From Antedon mediterranea (Eukaryota; Animalia; Echinodermata), in the NCBI RefSeq assembly GCF_964355755.1, contig NC_092672.1:7006001-7070000 (forward strand): a DNA stretch of 64,000 bases, read 5' to 3'. A program made the translations under genes and the position numbers. Below are positions 50,682 through 63,500 of the stretch, piece after piece. The notes beneath the pieces were generated by a model. The model made no database searches, was not told the DNA's origin, and saw only the letters and a program-made list of their open reading frames with translations. How positions within the stretch are numbered: position 1 is the stretch's first letter; each line of letters begins with the position of its first letter.

Positions 50682-51336
50682 ATGGCAGTTCCAAAATAAT
50701 ATCTTCCTAACAATATTATGGTTTCTTTCATTAATTATTTTTAAATGTAATGTTTCTAGCTATTCTTCGGGTCAATAGACAACTTTGCCAAATAGCGAAA
50801 ATGTCTAGTAAACATACTTTGGAAATAAATGGTAAAAAATATAAATGTTGATTTTTTTTATTGTTTCTTTTGCTTATCTGGATAATGAAGTGTTTTTTCA
50901 AAATACCAGGCTAAACATTTTGGCAAATTTAAGCCTAAAACAGGTCAAATAAGCAATTGAAGTGACGGTAGCTATCGTTTGTATATGAACTACAGTAAAA
51001 ACTCATGACGTAAATGTTGCGATGCACCTGTGACGTCGTAGCAATTTACGGTTGTACGGCGAGCTCGTGTAGCGATATCCTTAATCTCGCGATTTTTCTG
51101 AAATCATATATATAGTTCTCGTCACGTTGTCCTTTAAATAGTAGGGCCTGTAGATGGAGTCAGATTTCCACTTTAAACATCTATTTTACTTTGATGGACC
51201 GTTATGTTACATAGCGTCTGTCTATTCTCTATTTTTTGTAATCAGTGTAGGCCTATTTATAATACAAAAGACAATATGACGAATGCCATACTCTAGAAAA
51301 GTAACGCATATTGGGGTACAGCCTTTTTTTAATGAT

Positions 51337-51472
51337 GTCAAACGAAAGGACGGTCGTAGAAATGATTGACAATATCATACGATCCCAAAAACGGCGGTGT
51401 TAACGTTGAAATCTTAGAGCATCTTTCATGGGTCTAGCTAAGAAGTATAATACTTACATTTCAGGTAGTTGA
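51337..51472 (+). pseudogene. Decayed copy of the gene A cytoplasmic-tail exon
   Basis: Aligns to 9657-9817 (GTCAAACGAAAGGACGGTCGTAGAAATGATTGA...) with deletions and loss of the acceptor. Confidence 0.75.
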
Positions 51473-51890
51473 GTGTGATTTCAATCGAACATCCTACGAA
51501 AAAAAACATAATTTTTGCTGATTTTGGTCATGGTCATAATTAAGATTTATCGCAAATAGTTTGCGCGAAGCATGGTGGGAAGGATTTGAGAACAAACGTC
51601 CCGACATCTACGTACGTGATTTGTTGCTTGTATGTATACGTAGTGACGTTTGCTCCCAAACCCTTCTCACCGTGAATTGTGCAATGACGTTCCTCGCGAA
51701 ATCAGGCTATTTGCGATAAACCTTTTTGGCCTGAAGAAGAAGGATTGTGAATCATATGTTTTTCAGGTATTTTCGCCTAACTTTGTTAATGTAATAATTA
51801 GGCTAATCTGTGTATTTTGTGAATTATTTCTGGTTTTTTTTAAAATTAGATTGACGTTGGAAATCGTTTACAGCCTAACATAGTAACGAC

Positions 51891-52016
51891 TACGGAAGCC
51901 CGTTTGGGCCACAAGTTAACTATATTTTTAAAGCTGTTATCTGGCGGCCGCCACTTAATTATCTTATTGTGTCGCTTCTAGATATAGTTAACTTGTGGCC
52001 CGAACGGGCTTCCGTA
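51891..52016. mobile_element. 126-bp MITE with 35-bp TIRs and a 6-bp TSD (IS3EU-like termini TACGG...CCGTA)
   Basis: TIR TACGGAAGCCCGTT(T/C)GGGCCACAAGTTAACTATAT; TSD AACGAC at 51885-51890 and 52017-52022; empty site near 10630. Confidence 0.8.
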
Positions 52017-52086
52017 AACGACAACAACCAAGTTATAAATATTGTAAATGTAATTAGTCGATGGTGCTTTATTTTTCGCATATTGT

Positions 52087-52885
52087 CTTCAGAATCTTCA
52101 GAATGATGACTGGACATCGCTGATTTCAGCACTATAATCCAGTGTGTTAGCAGCTTACGGTACGCCACGTGTGCTCAGTTTTATTTATTTATCTATAAAC
52201 TTTTTATGAATTTATCAAGGGCTTGCTCAAATGCGGCTTTTTGAGACAGCGCGGTTTCGGTCGGGAGGCTGTTCCAGTCATTTAATGTTCTGGGCAGAAA
52301 ACTGTATTTGTAGCATTGTGTACGACAGAAGATCGGCGTATATTTATGCAAGTTCGTATTTCGTTGTTGACGTGATGGTTTCTTAACATATGATGGGATG
52401 TCAATGGCTATTTCCTCGTTAATAGCTCGTTTTAGTAACATTAATCTTTTCTTTTTCCTACGTTGTTGAAGAGTTGGCCAGTGTAGTGTGTGTAGCATGG
52501 ATGTGACACTTGATGTTCTTCTGTAATCGGATGTTGCAAATCTTGCAGCTCTTCGTTGTACCATTTCAAGCTTGTTTATAAGTTGTGATTGATGGGGATC
52601 CCATACTGTAGCTGCATATTCAAGTTTTGGACGAACTAGTGATTGATAGGTAGTTGCCTTAATACGAGAGTCGCATCGAGAGAAGTTTCTCCTTAGGAAG
52701 CCTAGAATCTTATTGGAATCGTTTATAACTTGGTTTATGTGTGGTTCCCATGATAGATCATTTGTTATTAAGACTCCAAGGTATTTGCTGCTCTTGACAG
52801 TGGTTAGAATCTCTCCTTTCATCTTGTATTCAAGTGTAAGTGGATTTTTACTCCTCGTCATGTTCATTGTATAGCATTTTGATGG
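52087..52885 (-). mobile_element. 5'-truncated CR1-group LINE with a 7-bp TSD
   Basis: ORF 52193-52867 (KYLGV, LVRPKLEYAATVWDP, VQRRAARF, SFLPRT..DWN); TSD ATATTGT at 52080-52086 and 52886-52892; empty site near 10700. Confidence 0.85.
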
Positions 52886-54019
52886 ATATTGTTTAATGTC
52901 GACGACGAAGATAGATTAAACGAGTTATGGTACTATTTGTAGATTGAATGAATGGTTAATGTATAATTATTGTTGTTATTGTTAAACACTAATCGAATTG
53001 GTTTTTTTTTAATGTGACAATCATTTACGTAGGCGTAAAAGTGTATTATAGATACATAACTTGTATTTTTAAGGGAGGAGTTAGTTCAATTGTTATATTA
53101 CGTACAGCCTGCAGCATTATTGTCTGCAGACGTAAAGATCGCTTCGATTCTTATGCAGTTGTTTCATTACGTGCAGCCTGCGGCATTGTCTGCTTACGTG
53201 AAGATCTTTCCGATTCTTATGCATACTTATTATTGTCTATATATAACACGCTTACAATGGTACAAAACAAATATGTTTATTAGTTTAATTATTCAATCCT
53301 TTAGAAACAATATTGTTGCTCTATATAAATAGTAGACAGTGACACTGAATTTTGTAATAAACCGACACCGATTGTTTTGTAGCCGCACCATACACTAGAA
53401 AGCGTGTATAATATAATTATCCTAGTTGTATTTACCCAGCTTCTGGGAATATATTATAACTACTGCACGGTAAAGTACCGTACATTTCATGAATTATCGT
53501 ATGTTAAGCTGAGGTGGTCGCGATGAACAAATTTGACTACGTCGTATGTTTTCAATTATTTCGTGGAATGTTTTGTGGCATAACATACATCGACGCTTAC
53601 ATGTTTTTCCGTGAATACATAAGTAATTCAAATATCTGTACAATGCCGGTACAATAGAGAATAAAGTTGGAATTTCCATGTTCATTGTGTTGCTGTGTTG
53701 TGACTCAAATAAAATCCGGGCCTAGAACCAGCAGAAAACAAGAAGAAAAGTAATATATGCCACGCGTAATGTTATTTGATTTATATTGGCTTAACTGTCA
53801 ATTGAAATAGACTAAGCAAGATTTCTCTGGTTGGTAACGTTGCTACCAAGGTAAGCGTTTTCGATTGTTAACCCCGAGACCGAGTTTGCTTTAACCGACT
53901 AAACCTGTTCCACGATAAAAGCCTCATCGTCAAAAATCTCATATTCCAAATTAATTTTTTAGTTTTTGACTCATTTAAAAAAAAACCACTTTGTGTTTTG
54001 TATGTAACATTAATGTTGA

Positions 54020-55194
54020 TGGAAGGTACAAAGAGGAACAATTTATATTTATATACAACAATACATTCTTTATCCACTCAACAACGAAATATTTTGTTCA
54101 TGTTTTATATAGGCCTATAAATAATATACCACTAATACATTTAATACTTTGTTAAAACTGTCACTGTCATAGTCGATTGAAATAGTAAAGTACATGTGAC
54201 GATACACCACTGCGACGTTTATATTTTTTGTAATTATTAATTAATACAAACGTTGAGAAGCAATTGTCATTAATATAGTTTATTTGTATACTATGTGTTT
54301 ATAATCTAACAGTAGGGCCTCCCACACCCACAGTAAAACAGTTTAGTAGTATATGTTTATATTATATCTAATAGTAGGCCTACCAAACACTCACCTCACA
54401 GTAAGAAATTTGCGATTCAAATGGAGACCAAAAGATTTAATAATAAGTCTTTGTCTATGTAGAGCATCTTGTGTACATGTTTGTCTTATATGTTCTAGTG
54501 CAGTATATGGAGAGCCATCTCGATAGTGCTTTGCACTCATGGCAATCCTCAGGGTGCTGCACCGATTTGTTGTCATGTATTGTTGTGCCTGAAAATTGAA
54601 TAAAATAAAATAAATAAAAATAAAAAAGTGGTTAATATGTATTTACAGTATTGTATAGTATTGCAATACTATATCTTAAGGTTTTATGTTTATTCTGTAG
54701 GGGCCCATACATTTACCTACTTGTGTTAAACCATGGAAAGATACCTCCATGGTTAAATAATTAGGAATGTTCCATTCATCGCAAATCAATACAGTCGTGT
54801 ATTAAATCAATCAAAATAGTATTATTTAAAGAAAATCGGCCTGTTTTTAACATTATGATGCTGTATTCAATCGATTTTCAGCCATTAAAAACAATTATCG
54901 TATGAGGAGATAGGGAAATGCGAAGCATCCTCCTATTATTGTGTGCGGGTATTTTCAAGATTGACATCCATTAGACAGTGTATACCACAATCGGTTTGGG
55001 GCGAATCGTTAAAACTAAATTCGTTTCAATTGTCAATAACTAATTATCGAACTTAATTTAATTAGTAAACAGGGTTACATCATGTGGTTAAAAACAGTAT
55101 CGAGATTCTAACCAACTTTATATACCATCGAGTAAACATTCTAGAAATAACGCGCGATTTACCGAATTTTGACCTTACGTAAATTTATATATAG
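54020..55194 (-). mobile_element. Third Helitron copy (5' half)
   Basis: Aligns to 22178-23173 including the TTACGTAAATTTATATATAG terminus. Confidence 0.75.
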
Positions 55195-55366
55195 CTTATT
55201 ATTATTTAATAAATTAATATTCATATATTCTATTTTCAGGATAGTTGTTTCATTCAAAATAAACAGGATACAAAAAATAAACAATACAACCTATGACTTA
55301 TATGGTTATTCAATTCAATTCAATTCAATTTGCATATTAGGCCTATAATAGGTTTGTAACGTCTAA

Positions 55367-55470
55367 AGCTCTGTCTACACTATCAAAAAAAGTTTAATAA
55401 AAAGTCCATGTCCGTATATGGGCACATCACATTTTTTTGTCATATAAAGTCTTATAGTGTAGACAAAGCA
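55367..55470. mobile_element. 104-bp MITE with a TAA TSD (PIF/Harbinger-like)
   Basis: TIRs AGCTCTGTCTACACTAT / ATAGTGTAGACAAAGCA; TAA on both sides; empty site GTCTAATGTG near 12144. Confidence 0.7.
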
Positions 55471-55502
55471 TAATGTGTGTGTATTGATGTAAATTTACAA
55501 AA

Positions 55503-55785
55503 CTAGATGGTACGCTCGCATCGCTCGAGTACAATCTAGGTTGTGCCCACAGATGGTTCTCGAATACACATAGTAAATTCAGCGTAAAAAAACTGTATGT
55601 AACACAGGACTATAAATACATGTTTACAGGAACGAATAAAAGGTGATTCGTATGTAGTCAACTAAAATTAGCACTCTGGGAATTACTTCCGAAGAGAAAC
55701 TTGTCACAAAATGAGTAAAATTTCGAACCTGTGTTTTGTAAAGGATGGGGATTGGTGCTTTTATCCTCTCAGTAACGAAATATTA
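55503..55785 (-). mobile_element. Fourth Helitron copy (3' end with hairpin and CTAG)
   Basis: CTAGATGGTACGCTCGCATCGCTCG matches 20630; continues like 24245-24510. Confidence 0.7.
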
Positions 55786-56329
55786 TGATGATGATGATGA
55801 TGACAATTTAACAAGCATTTTGATAATTGTTACTGTATTTTATCACTTCTTGATATTGATTGTGTTATGTTTTTCATATTCAGGGAGAATTTATTTTATT
55901 AGGCCTATACCTGTTACCATTCGTTAAAAAATTAAACACCTCCCTTGAAAAAACCATGAAAATACAAATAATGTATATATCGTTTTTGAACATAATACCG
56001 CTCGCGTATCACATAATGGTGTGCGAAATGCCATGAAACCTGATATGGATATTGATTGAACGTCAAATATCTGTTGATGAGGGGTTTTCATTATTATTTG
56101 CTGAGCCTAGTGGAACAGCGATGTACTTGTTTTCATTTGTGTGTTAAACTAATGGATCTGCCGGGTGAATGTAAATGGCATATTTCAATCATTGTTTAAT
56201 TCAAAGCCTAAGTTAACTAATATAATACCCAGGATGTGCTAAGCCAACCGTGGAATATTTTTTACATTTTTTATTGCCTTTCCTCGATTAAACACAATTT
56301 CTACCACACACTATTCAAAAAATGTATTA

Positions 56330-57200
56330 TTACTAAACACTGTAATAAATCGAGAAGCAAATAAAAGAATAGATAGAGTTAAATCGACTAAATTCCTTGG
56401 AGTACATATTGATGAATTTCTCACATATAAGAACCACATCAATGTTACAGCTAGGAAAATATCTCGATATGTAGGCATACTATATAAAGTAAGACATTTT
56501 TTACCAACCTATGCTCTCTGGACAATATACAAATCACTCATTGAACCAGTATTAAATTATTGCAACATAATATGGTGTAGCACATTTCCAAGTTATTTAG
56601 ATGAGTTATTTAAACTCCAGAAAAGGGCATTACGAGCTATAACATGGTCAAAGTTTAATGATTCAATGACTGAATGTTTCTATAAATTTAAACTTCTTAA
56701 AATTACGGATATCAATAAGTACCAAATTGGGCTTTTCATGTATAATGTTACTACTAATCAGGACGTGCGTTTTTCATCGCTCTTTATTAAAAATGGTTCT
56801 TACCATAATTATAATACAAGATCTAAAGACAAAATGAGACTCAGAAAACGTAATCGTACTTCTACTAGTTTTACTGTGTCATGTGTGGGACCCAAATTGT
56901 GGAATGACTTGAATTACGAACTACAAAGTACCAAATCAATATATATATTTAAATCATTGTTTAAAGACCATTTATTATCATTTTACAAATAATTTTAAAA
57001 ATTATACTTGTTGCAGGATTTAGCTTTTTTATTATTTATGTTTTAGTTTTTTAGGCTAGTTAGGGACATAGGGGGACACAACTAATCAAGCTCTTTTGAG
57101 TTTTTATGTGTTTCCTTTTCACCTTTTTTATGTTCTCATATATTGTTGTTGTATATTTTCATGATAGAGGATGAATAAAGAATATTTGAATTTGAATTTG
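56330..57200 (+). mobile_element. 5'-truncated L2/Crack-like LINE 3' fragment
   Basis: Open frame KFLGVHID...YCNIIW...LQKRALR...H.YNTR...GPKLWN.L ending at 56992, then AATAAA and (TTTGAA)n tail. Confidence 0.8.
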
Positions 57201-60200
57201 ATATAATCATCTAATCCTTAACTACATGAGCATGCGTGAGTTTCCGACTTACGTGTGTTCAGTACCTTTGCATAAAAGAAATTCTCCATGGTATAACAAT
57301 TCTTCGATACATTTCATAATAATACCTGTTTCAAAAAGAAAATAGTCAATGCTAAGCCTCATTATTCATCACAACCACTAGCCCATGCAATAACCTTAAA
57401 TAAACATACAGTATTGTTTACAAAGGAAACTGGTATTTTGTTTTTGTATATTATAGTTCAGGAGACGTGCATCGTCATTGGATATTGAAATACTACTTTC
57501 GTTTCAAAATCTTAGTGGTCTTTCAAAGAATATTTATTGTATTTTTATACTTTTATTTTCGAATGGAATATGTAGGCCTAGTACGCCACTAACTCGAGGA
57601 AGTAACTGCAGGTAATTATCTTTCATTTCAATATTCCCCCTTATTTTCTTTCTACAAAAAAATGTTTCCAAAAATGTTGCTTAGTTTTTTTGAAGTCTTG
57701 GAAAGCAGTAGAACACCTGTAGATTGAGGAGAAACTTACAGCATGTAGCATTGGTACAAAGTCAGTGCCGTGGTACTCCAGATAATAATCCTATGGAGAG
57801 AGGTGCTGTGTGTGTGGTTTGAGGATTTGCCTTTCCCTCTTTTCAAACTAGATTTCAGCAGTAAAAATGCATGACTCCTCATGACAAACCAACCATGTAA
57901 AACCCTACGGGCTTGGACTTAACAATCAGATTATTATAGGTGGGTCATGGTTTGAGGGAGGGTATTTTTTTTTTAATTCAAATTGGCTTTAAAACATTTC
58001 AGGCACACGTGCACATGTTATGAATGTTGAAAGTAACTAAAACAGTCGCGCTTTTCAATCGTGAAACACGTCACGTTTGTGTTCACCTCATTTCGAAAGA
58101 AACCCCCTTAAATAAAAATTACCAAATTGTTAATAAACATTCGGTCTAAACATGATGCAAAAAAATAAGTAAGTAAGCCGTAATCACATTTCTTAATAAA
58201 TTGCAGCAATGAATCCCAAAAGCAGACCATATTAACTGCGGAAATTTAACTGTATTTTACGTCGTTATTATAATATGCTGAATAACCATGGGTAAAAAGC
58301 ATGTACAGTACATTATATAAGCATGTATGATGTTTAACAATGTAGGCCTATACACAATCTCACATAATATCTTCCCTTCTATTGTCCCATAGGCATAACT
58401 CATATTGTAGGCCTACAAGATAAGTCTATTAAATCCAAAAGTATGCACATACAATTTATACTCCATTATGAGTCACTCGATAATTACTTAATGAAATATT
58501 TACCGCGAAACCTATTACAATAGTGTTCAATATTTCTTTATTAGGAAGATATCATGGACGATTTAAAAACGAAATGTAGGGTTTCATCGGCGGTAAAGTT
58601 AGTTCCGGGTTCACGGTGAGTCATCACCTTGCAACTTCACGTGTTCAACTAAGTTGGCCGTTGGTGGCGATAGCCATTATAGTTGTTTGTTTATTTTCGG
58701 ACCGCGTTTGAAAGTACATTAGTTAGCAAAATAAAAATTATACTGCAAATTAATAAAGATCAAATTAAATATATTCATAAAGCATCGGACTATATTGTGG
58801 AGAATAATATAAAAAATACAAAAACAAATTAAATCGGGAGAACTGATGATAAGACTTTTTGTTTGAAATCGAGTGAAACCCACTGTTGAGTAAGCTGGCA
58901 GGACTGTAGGCCTATAACTATGCGCTACCTGTGTCCCGTTAGGACCCTCTGAAACGTCTCCCTTCTTAGGACAAATCGCCCCACTGTGTCGCTGAAGTTA
59001 GTTTCAAAAGATGTTTAAACTAAATAATGTATTAATTATACTAAGTGGATGGTATTTATTTGAATAAACTATACGTTAAATTGTTATTAATCTAAGACAC
59101 TGTGAAACATTGCAACATCAAGCATTTCAATAATGGTAACCGACCGAAAACGTCCAAGCCAAGACTTCCTTCTAAAACCTTTTTACCCGAGTCATTATCT
59201 CCACCCAGAAAATTACTATTTTTCATACATTTCAACTATTATTTAAAAATATCATCCCTTATACTTCATATTTTTTTGAAATTTTTTTCAATGAGTACGA
59301 TTTTCTTGAAAATCACGCCTTTTTGCATTTTGGGGGGATACCTTGTAATTTCCTATTCTTTTACATGCAAAAGGGGGGTATATTTGAATAATCCTAAAAA
59401 ATTCATTTCTTCACCAAAAAAAAAATGTAAAATGTAAATTTATGTAATTTTTCCAGATCTTTCTATTTCTGGTATTTTTATCACGTATACATTGCGCAAT
59501 TTTGCGCAAATAGACACTTTCCCCCGTTCGGGTCCAATTGGGTTTTTTATTTTGCTAGGGAGTACGATCACGTGACATTTTTCACAATCACACTACTGAA
59601 GCTGGCAATCTGTTATTTTGTCGCGATGTTATTTTTGACGGGCGAAAAGTATATTAAAACATTCTGAATGTGACCCTATTATGTTTCACAGTGTAATAAT
59701 GTGATTATGAGACTATTACTAAAATGTCAAATTTAACGAGATTTGAGAAAGATGTGGCTATATATTCAATAAAGCTAGGCCTAGGCCTACTAGAGTGTAG
59801 GTATGTACCGATGCTGCTTAGTGGCTTGGCCTCTAGCTAGGCTAGGCTGACAGCAGTGAAGTTTGTTTTGCTTTCACCCGACCTTGGCCTACCCATGGGC
59901 CATGATAGGGTGCCTGAATAGTTGCTTTTCAGTCAGGTCTAAGCTTGCACATCGCTTTACTATTCTTTACTACTCTTGTTCTGTATAGGATTTTGTGTTT
60001 CACAATTCTTAATATGCGAGAAAACCCAGGAACGATAAATTGGGCGAAACGACCATGCCTATGAATACATAGGCCTCTTGACAAAAATTCAAGGCTAGCT
60101 AGGCTGAGCAGACGGCTTAGCTAGGCCTAGCCCTAGCTTAAAGTTAAAAGCAATCTGATAAGATTATTATGCTGTTGTTGTACAGTGAAAATCATGAGGT

Positions 60201-60597
60201 TACATGTAAATTATACTGACATTCTTATCGGAAATATTACTTAGGCCTAAACAAATCGTATTAATTGTGTGTATAAAATTTATTCCCCATTTTTCGACAC
60301 ATAATTTACCAAAGGGAAGACATTTCCACAATGCGTTGACCAGCGACTAAAACGCGTCAGTCGCTAAGTGTAACGCGTTTCACGACGTATTGTAAACTAA
60401 TAACCCCTAAGTTACTGAAAAACTGTAATTTGTTAAAAAACACTATTTTCTGACCGATTTTTTAGAAATGAGTTTTTGGAAAATATTTCCGTATTTTTCC
60501 TGGTTTTTTTTATGCAATCACTTTCAATTAAACATACTTAAACATAATATAAGCTGAGAAAGTCTGAGTGTAGCTCCACTTTAAGTTATAGCATGAA

Positions 60598-63500
60598 GCA
60601 ATAATAATAATAATTATTTATTTGGAAAACGCTTTTTGAACAGCGGCACACATAATAATGGTGCATCCTTAAAACAATTAAACATACAATATAAAAAATA
60701 TGAGTATAAAAATAAAGATAAACTAGATTAAAACAGATAATACTCAGATAAAACGGAAGTTCGATAAAACCAAATTAAAAATAAACTGTAATACTAAAAC
60801 CAATTAAATGCAACCCACATACATAAGCTTGGACACTAAATTAGCATATCAATTAGTATATGAACAAAGGAATATACAGTACTTAGAATCTATGTTAAGA
60901 TATACACATTCTTGATACACAGTGTCTACCAGCAAAAATAATAAGGAACAATAGGAACCCAAATTAGGGACATCAATAAACAGGAAAGCATAGATTAAAT
61001 TATTTCAGCTGTGGTGAATTATTTGATGACTGTAAACAGAATTAAGATAACTAAACCAACTTACATACAATAAAAAAATTAAAAAAAATCATTCGATAGT
61101 GTTAGACTTTATACGTTGTCTAAAGGCCCATGCTTTCTTAAGATATGATTTGCAGAATTTATCAAGAATGTCATGGGCTTTGTTTACCATATTAATCGAC
61201 ATTGTTGGAATGAGAACAGAACAATCACCACCAAGTATAATCATTAAGATAACCTCTGAATTATTTAACTGGAGTGAATTCCATAGATCTGAAAGACCAG
61301 AATCATTAAGGTTTTGTTCCAAGCATTCAAATTCTGAAATTCGCACTTCTTGTAGTACTTTACAATTTAACATAAAATGATATAAATCTTCAGGTTCATC
61401 CTTACATAACATACAATTACCAGTATTATTCATATCCCATTTACTTAATCTACTTTCAAGTTGAAGAGTATTTGACCTTGCCTTAAATTTCAATTGAGCA
61501 CCATGAAAATCAGTTTTAACAGTAAGATAATTTTCTAACTCAGGCATTTTTTTTAATTTAACATAAAGTGATAATGATGGTTTGGTACAGCTTTTATTAA
61601 ACCAATCCAATTCATACATTTGACGATTAACACACTTAAAAGATTTAAACCATGCTGAATCTATAGGTATGTTATTTGAAAATACATGATTAAATCCAGT
61701 ATTATTCAGAATACTTTTAATTGAGTTTAACCATCGCCATTTTATATTAACATTATTGTCATGCAAGGTAAATAATGCATGCAACAGCAGCTTTGGCCAA
61801 CGATGGGCTTCTAAGTTGATAAGCCTGTCAAAATATTTAATTTTTATTTCATTATGGGTATTTTCAATGCTATCCCATCCTAAGTCACCCAACAGAGCCA
61901 ATGATGGCGTGTTCCTCGGTGCTTTTAGTAGTGTTTTAGCCATTTGTAGCTGAATGTTTTCGATTTTTTTGTAATCACTGGCACTATAAGCTGATATTGC
62001 ACATGCATAGTTAATTGAAGGTAGTGCTATAGTTTTCCACAAGATATTACCAAAATAAATCCTATTAAAATCTTCTTGCTCATTAAAAATGGACTTGATA
62101 TATCCAATTAATCTATTTCCTTTTCTAACTACATCATTAACATGTATACTTTCGGAGAAGTTTCTTGAAATATTCACTCCCAAGTATTTGTAACAATCTA
62201 CTTCTTTGATGAAGTGGTTTACAAGAGGCCATTGTTTAGTTTTATTAGTACGTTTACCAACAACCACAACATTTGATTTGTCATAATTAAAGTTAAGTTT
62301 CCATTTTTTGGAGAAAATTCCAGCGATAGATAACATTTTCTCCAGATCATTTTCATCTTTAGCAATCAAGACAACGTCGTCAGCCCAAAAAAGACAGCTA
62401 ATTTTTGTGCCTAAAGTATGACATCCGACATTTTCATTATATAACATTTTGGAGAGTTCATTTATAAAAATACAGAATAAGGTCGGTGATAATACGCAGC
62501 CTTGCTTAACCCCTTCATCGACATCAAAATAATCAGTTACAATATCACCAAACTTAACATTACATTTGACGTTTGTATAAAGTTTATCAATAATTTTCCA
62601 GACTTTACCACGGATACCAGTATTCCATGCTATTGACAAAAGGCCATTACGCCAAACCGTGTCAAAAGCCTTACGGAAATCCAGGAAGGCTAAGTATGTT
62701 AACTTATTTTCCGCATTTCGCGTAGCCAATATGCTTTTAAGTGTAAATATGTGGTCCTCACATCTATGATTTTTCCTAAAGCCTCCCTGGATTTCCGTAA
62801 GAATACTATTACTCTCAAGAAATTCTGAGATACGATCACAAATAATACGATTGAAAATTTTAGCAACACATGATGATAATGTGATACCTCTATAGTTATT
62901 TAAATCGTTCTTGCTACCTTTTTTATGGATAGGTATAATGATCCCTTTATTCCACTCGGTGGGAATTTTCTCTGATTTAACAAAATAGTTAAAAAGATAT
63001 GTAAGTGACCTAATAAGGCAGTCACCTCCGTTCTTTAACAATTCGTTAGTGATGCCATCAACACCAGGTGCTTTATTGTTTTTAGAACGAAGTATTGAAC
63101 TTTTAACATCTTCAAATGAAATTCTTATATCATCCAGTACTTTTTGTGGATCATCATTAACATAATTTATATAATTTTCCCTAATATCAGAAACATGACT
63201 ATTGATAACTATATCATTATAAGTATTGACACCAGTTTGATTACCCAAGTTACTCCAATAAATTTTAATCAAGTTAGCCATAACCTGTTTGTCTGAGGTA
63301 ACTTGTGTAGAGTCGGGAATTTTTAGGTTAGAAGGAACAATTACCTTCTTAGGCCCCCTTAATTCGTTCCAAAAGTCTTTAGAACTCTGACCACCTGCTT
63401 TCGCTATGGCAACACTTTTGTCAACTTTCAATTGCATCATTTTATTTTTTATTACATTTTTCGCTTGAGTTTTTTTCATTTTATAATCCTTCCATAAAGC

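Larger units (their letters stand above)
51138..57620 (+). repeat. Segmental duplicate of 9534-~13440 (gene A 3' end and downstream flank), interrupted by TE insertions
   Basis: Collinear matching blocks, e.g. 9534/51138, 10550/51803, 10700/52886, 11300/53465, 12010/55225, 12690/56046, 13090/57305. Confidence 0.85.

Noticed and set aside
57700-60590. Possible promoter or first exons of a further gene
   Set aside because: Only scattered donor-like sites and no coding signal; the 111-aa ORF at 59102 has no recognisable features
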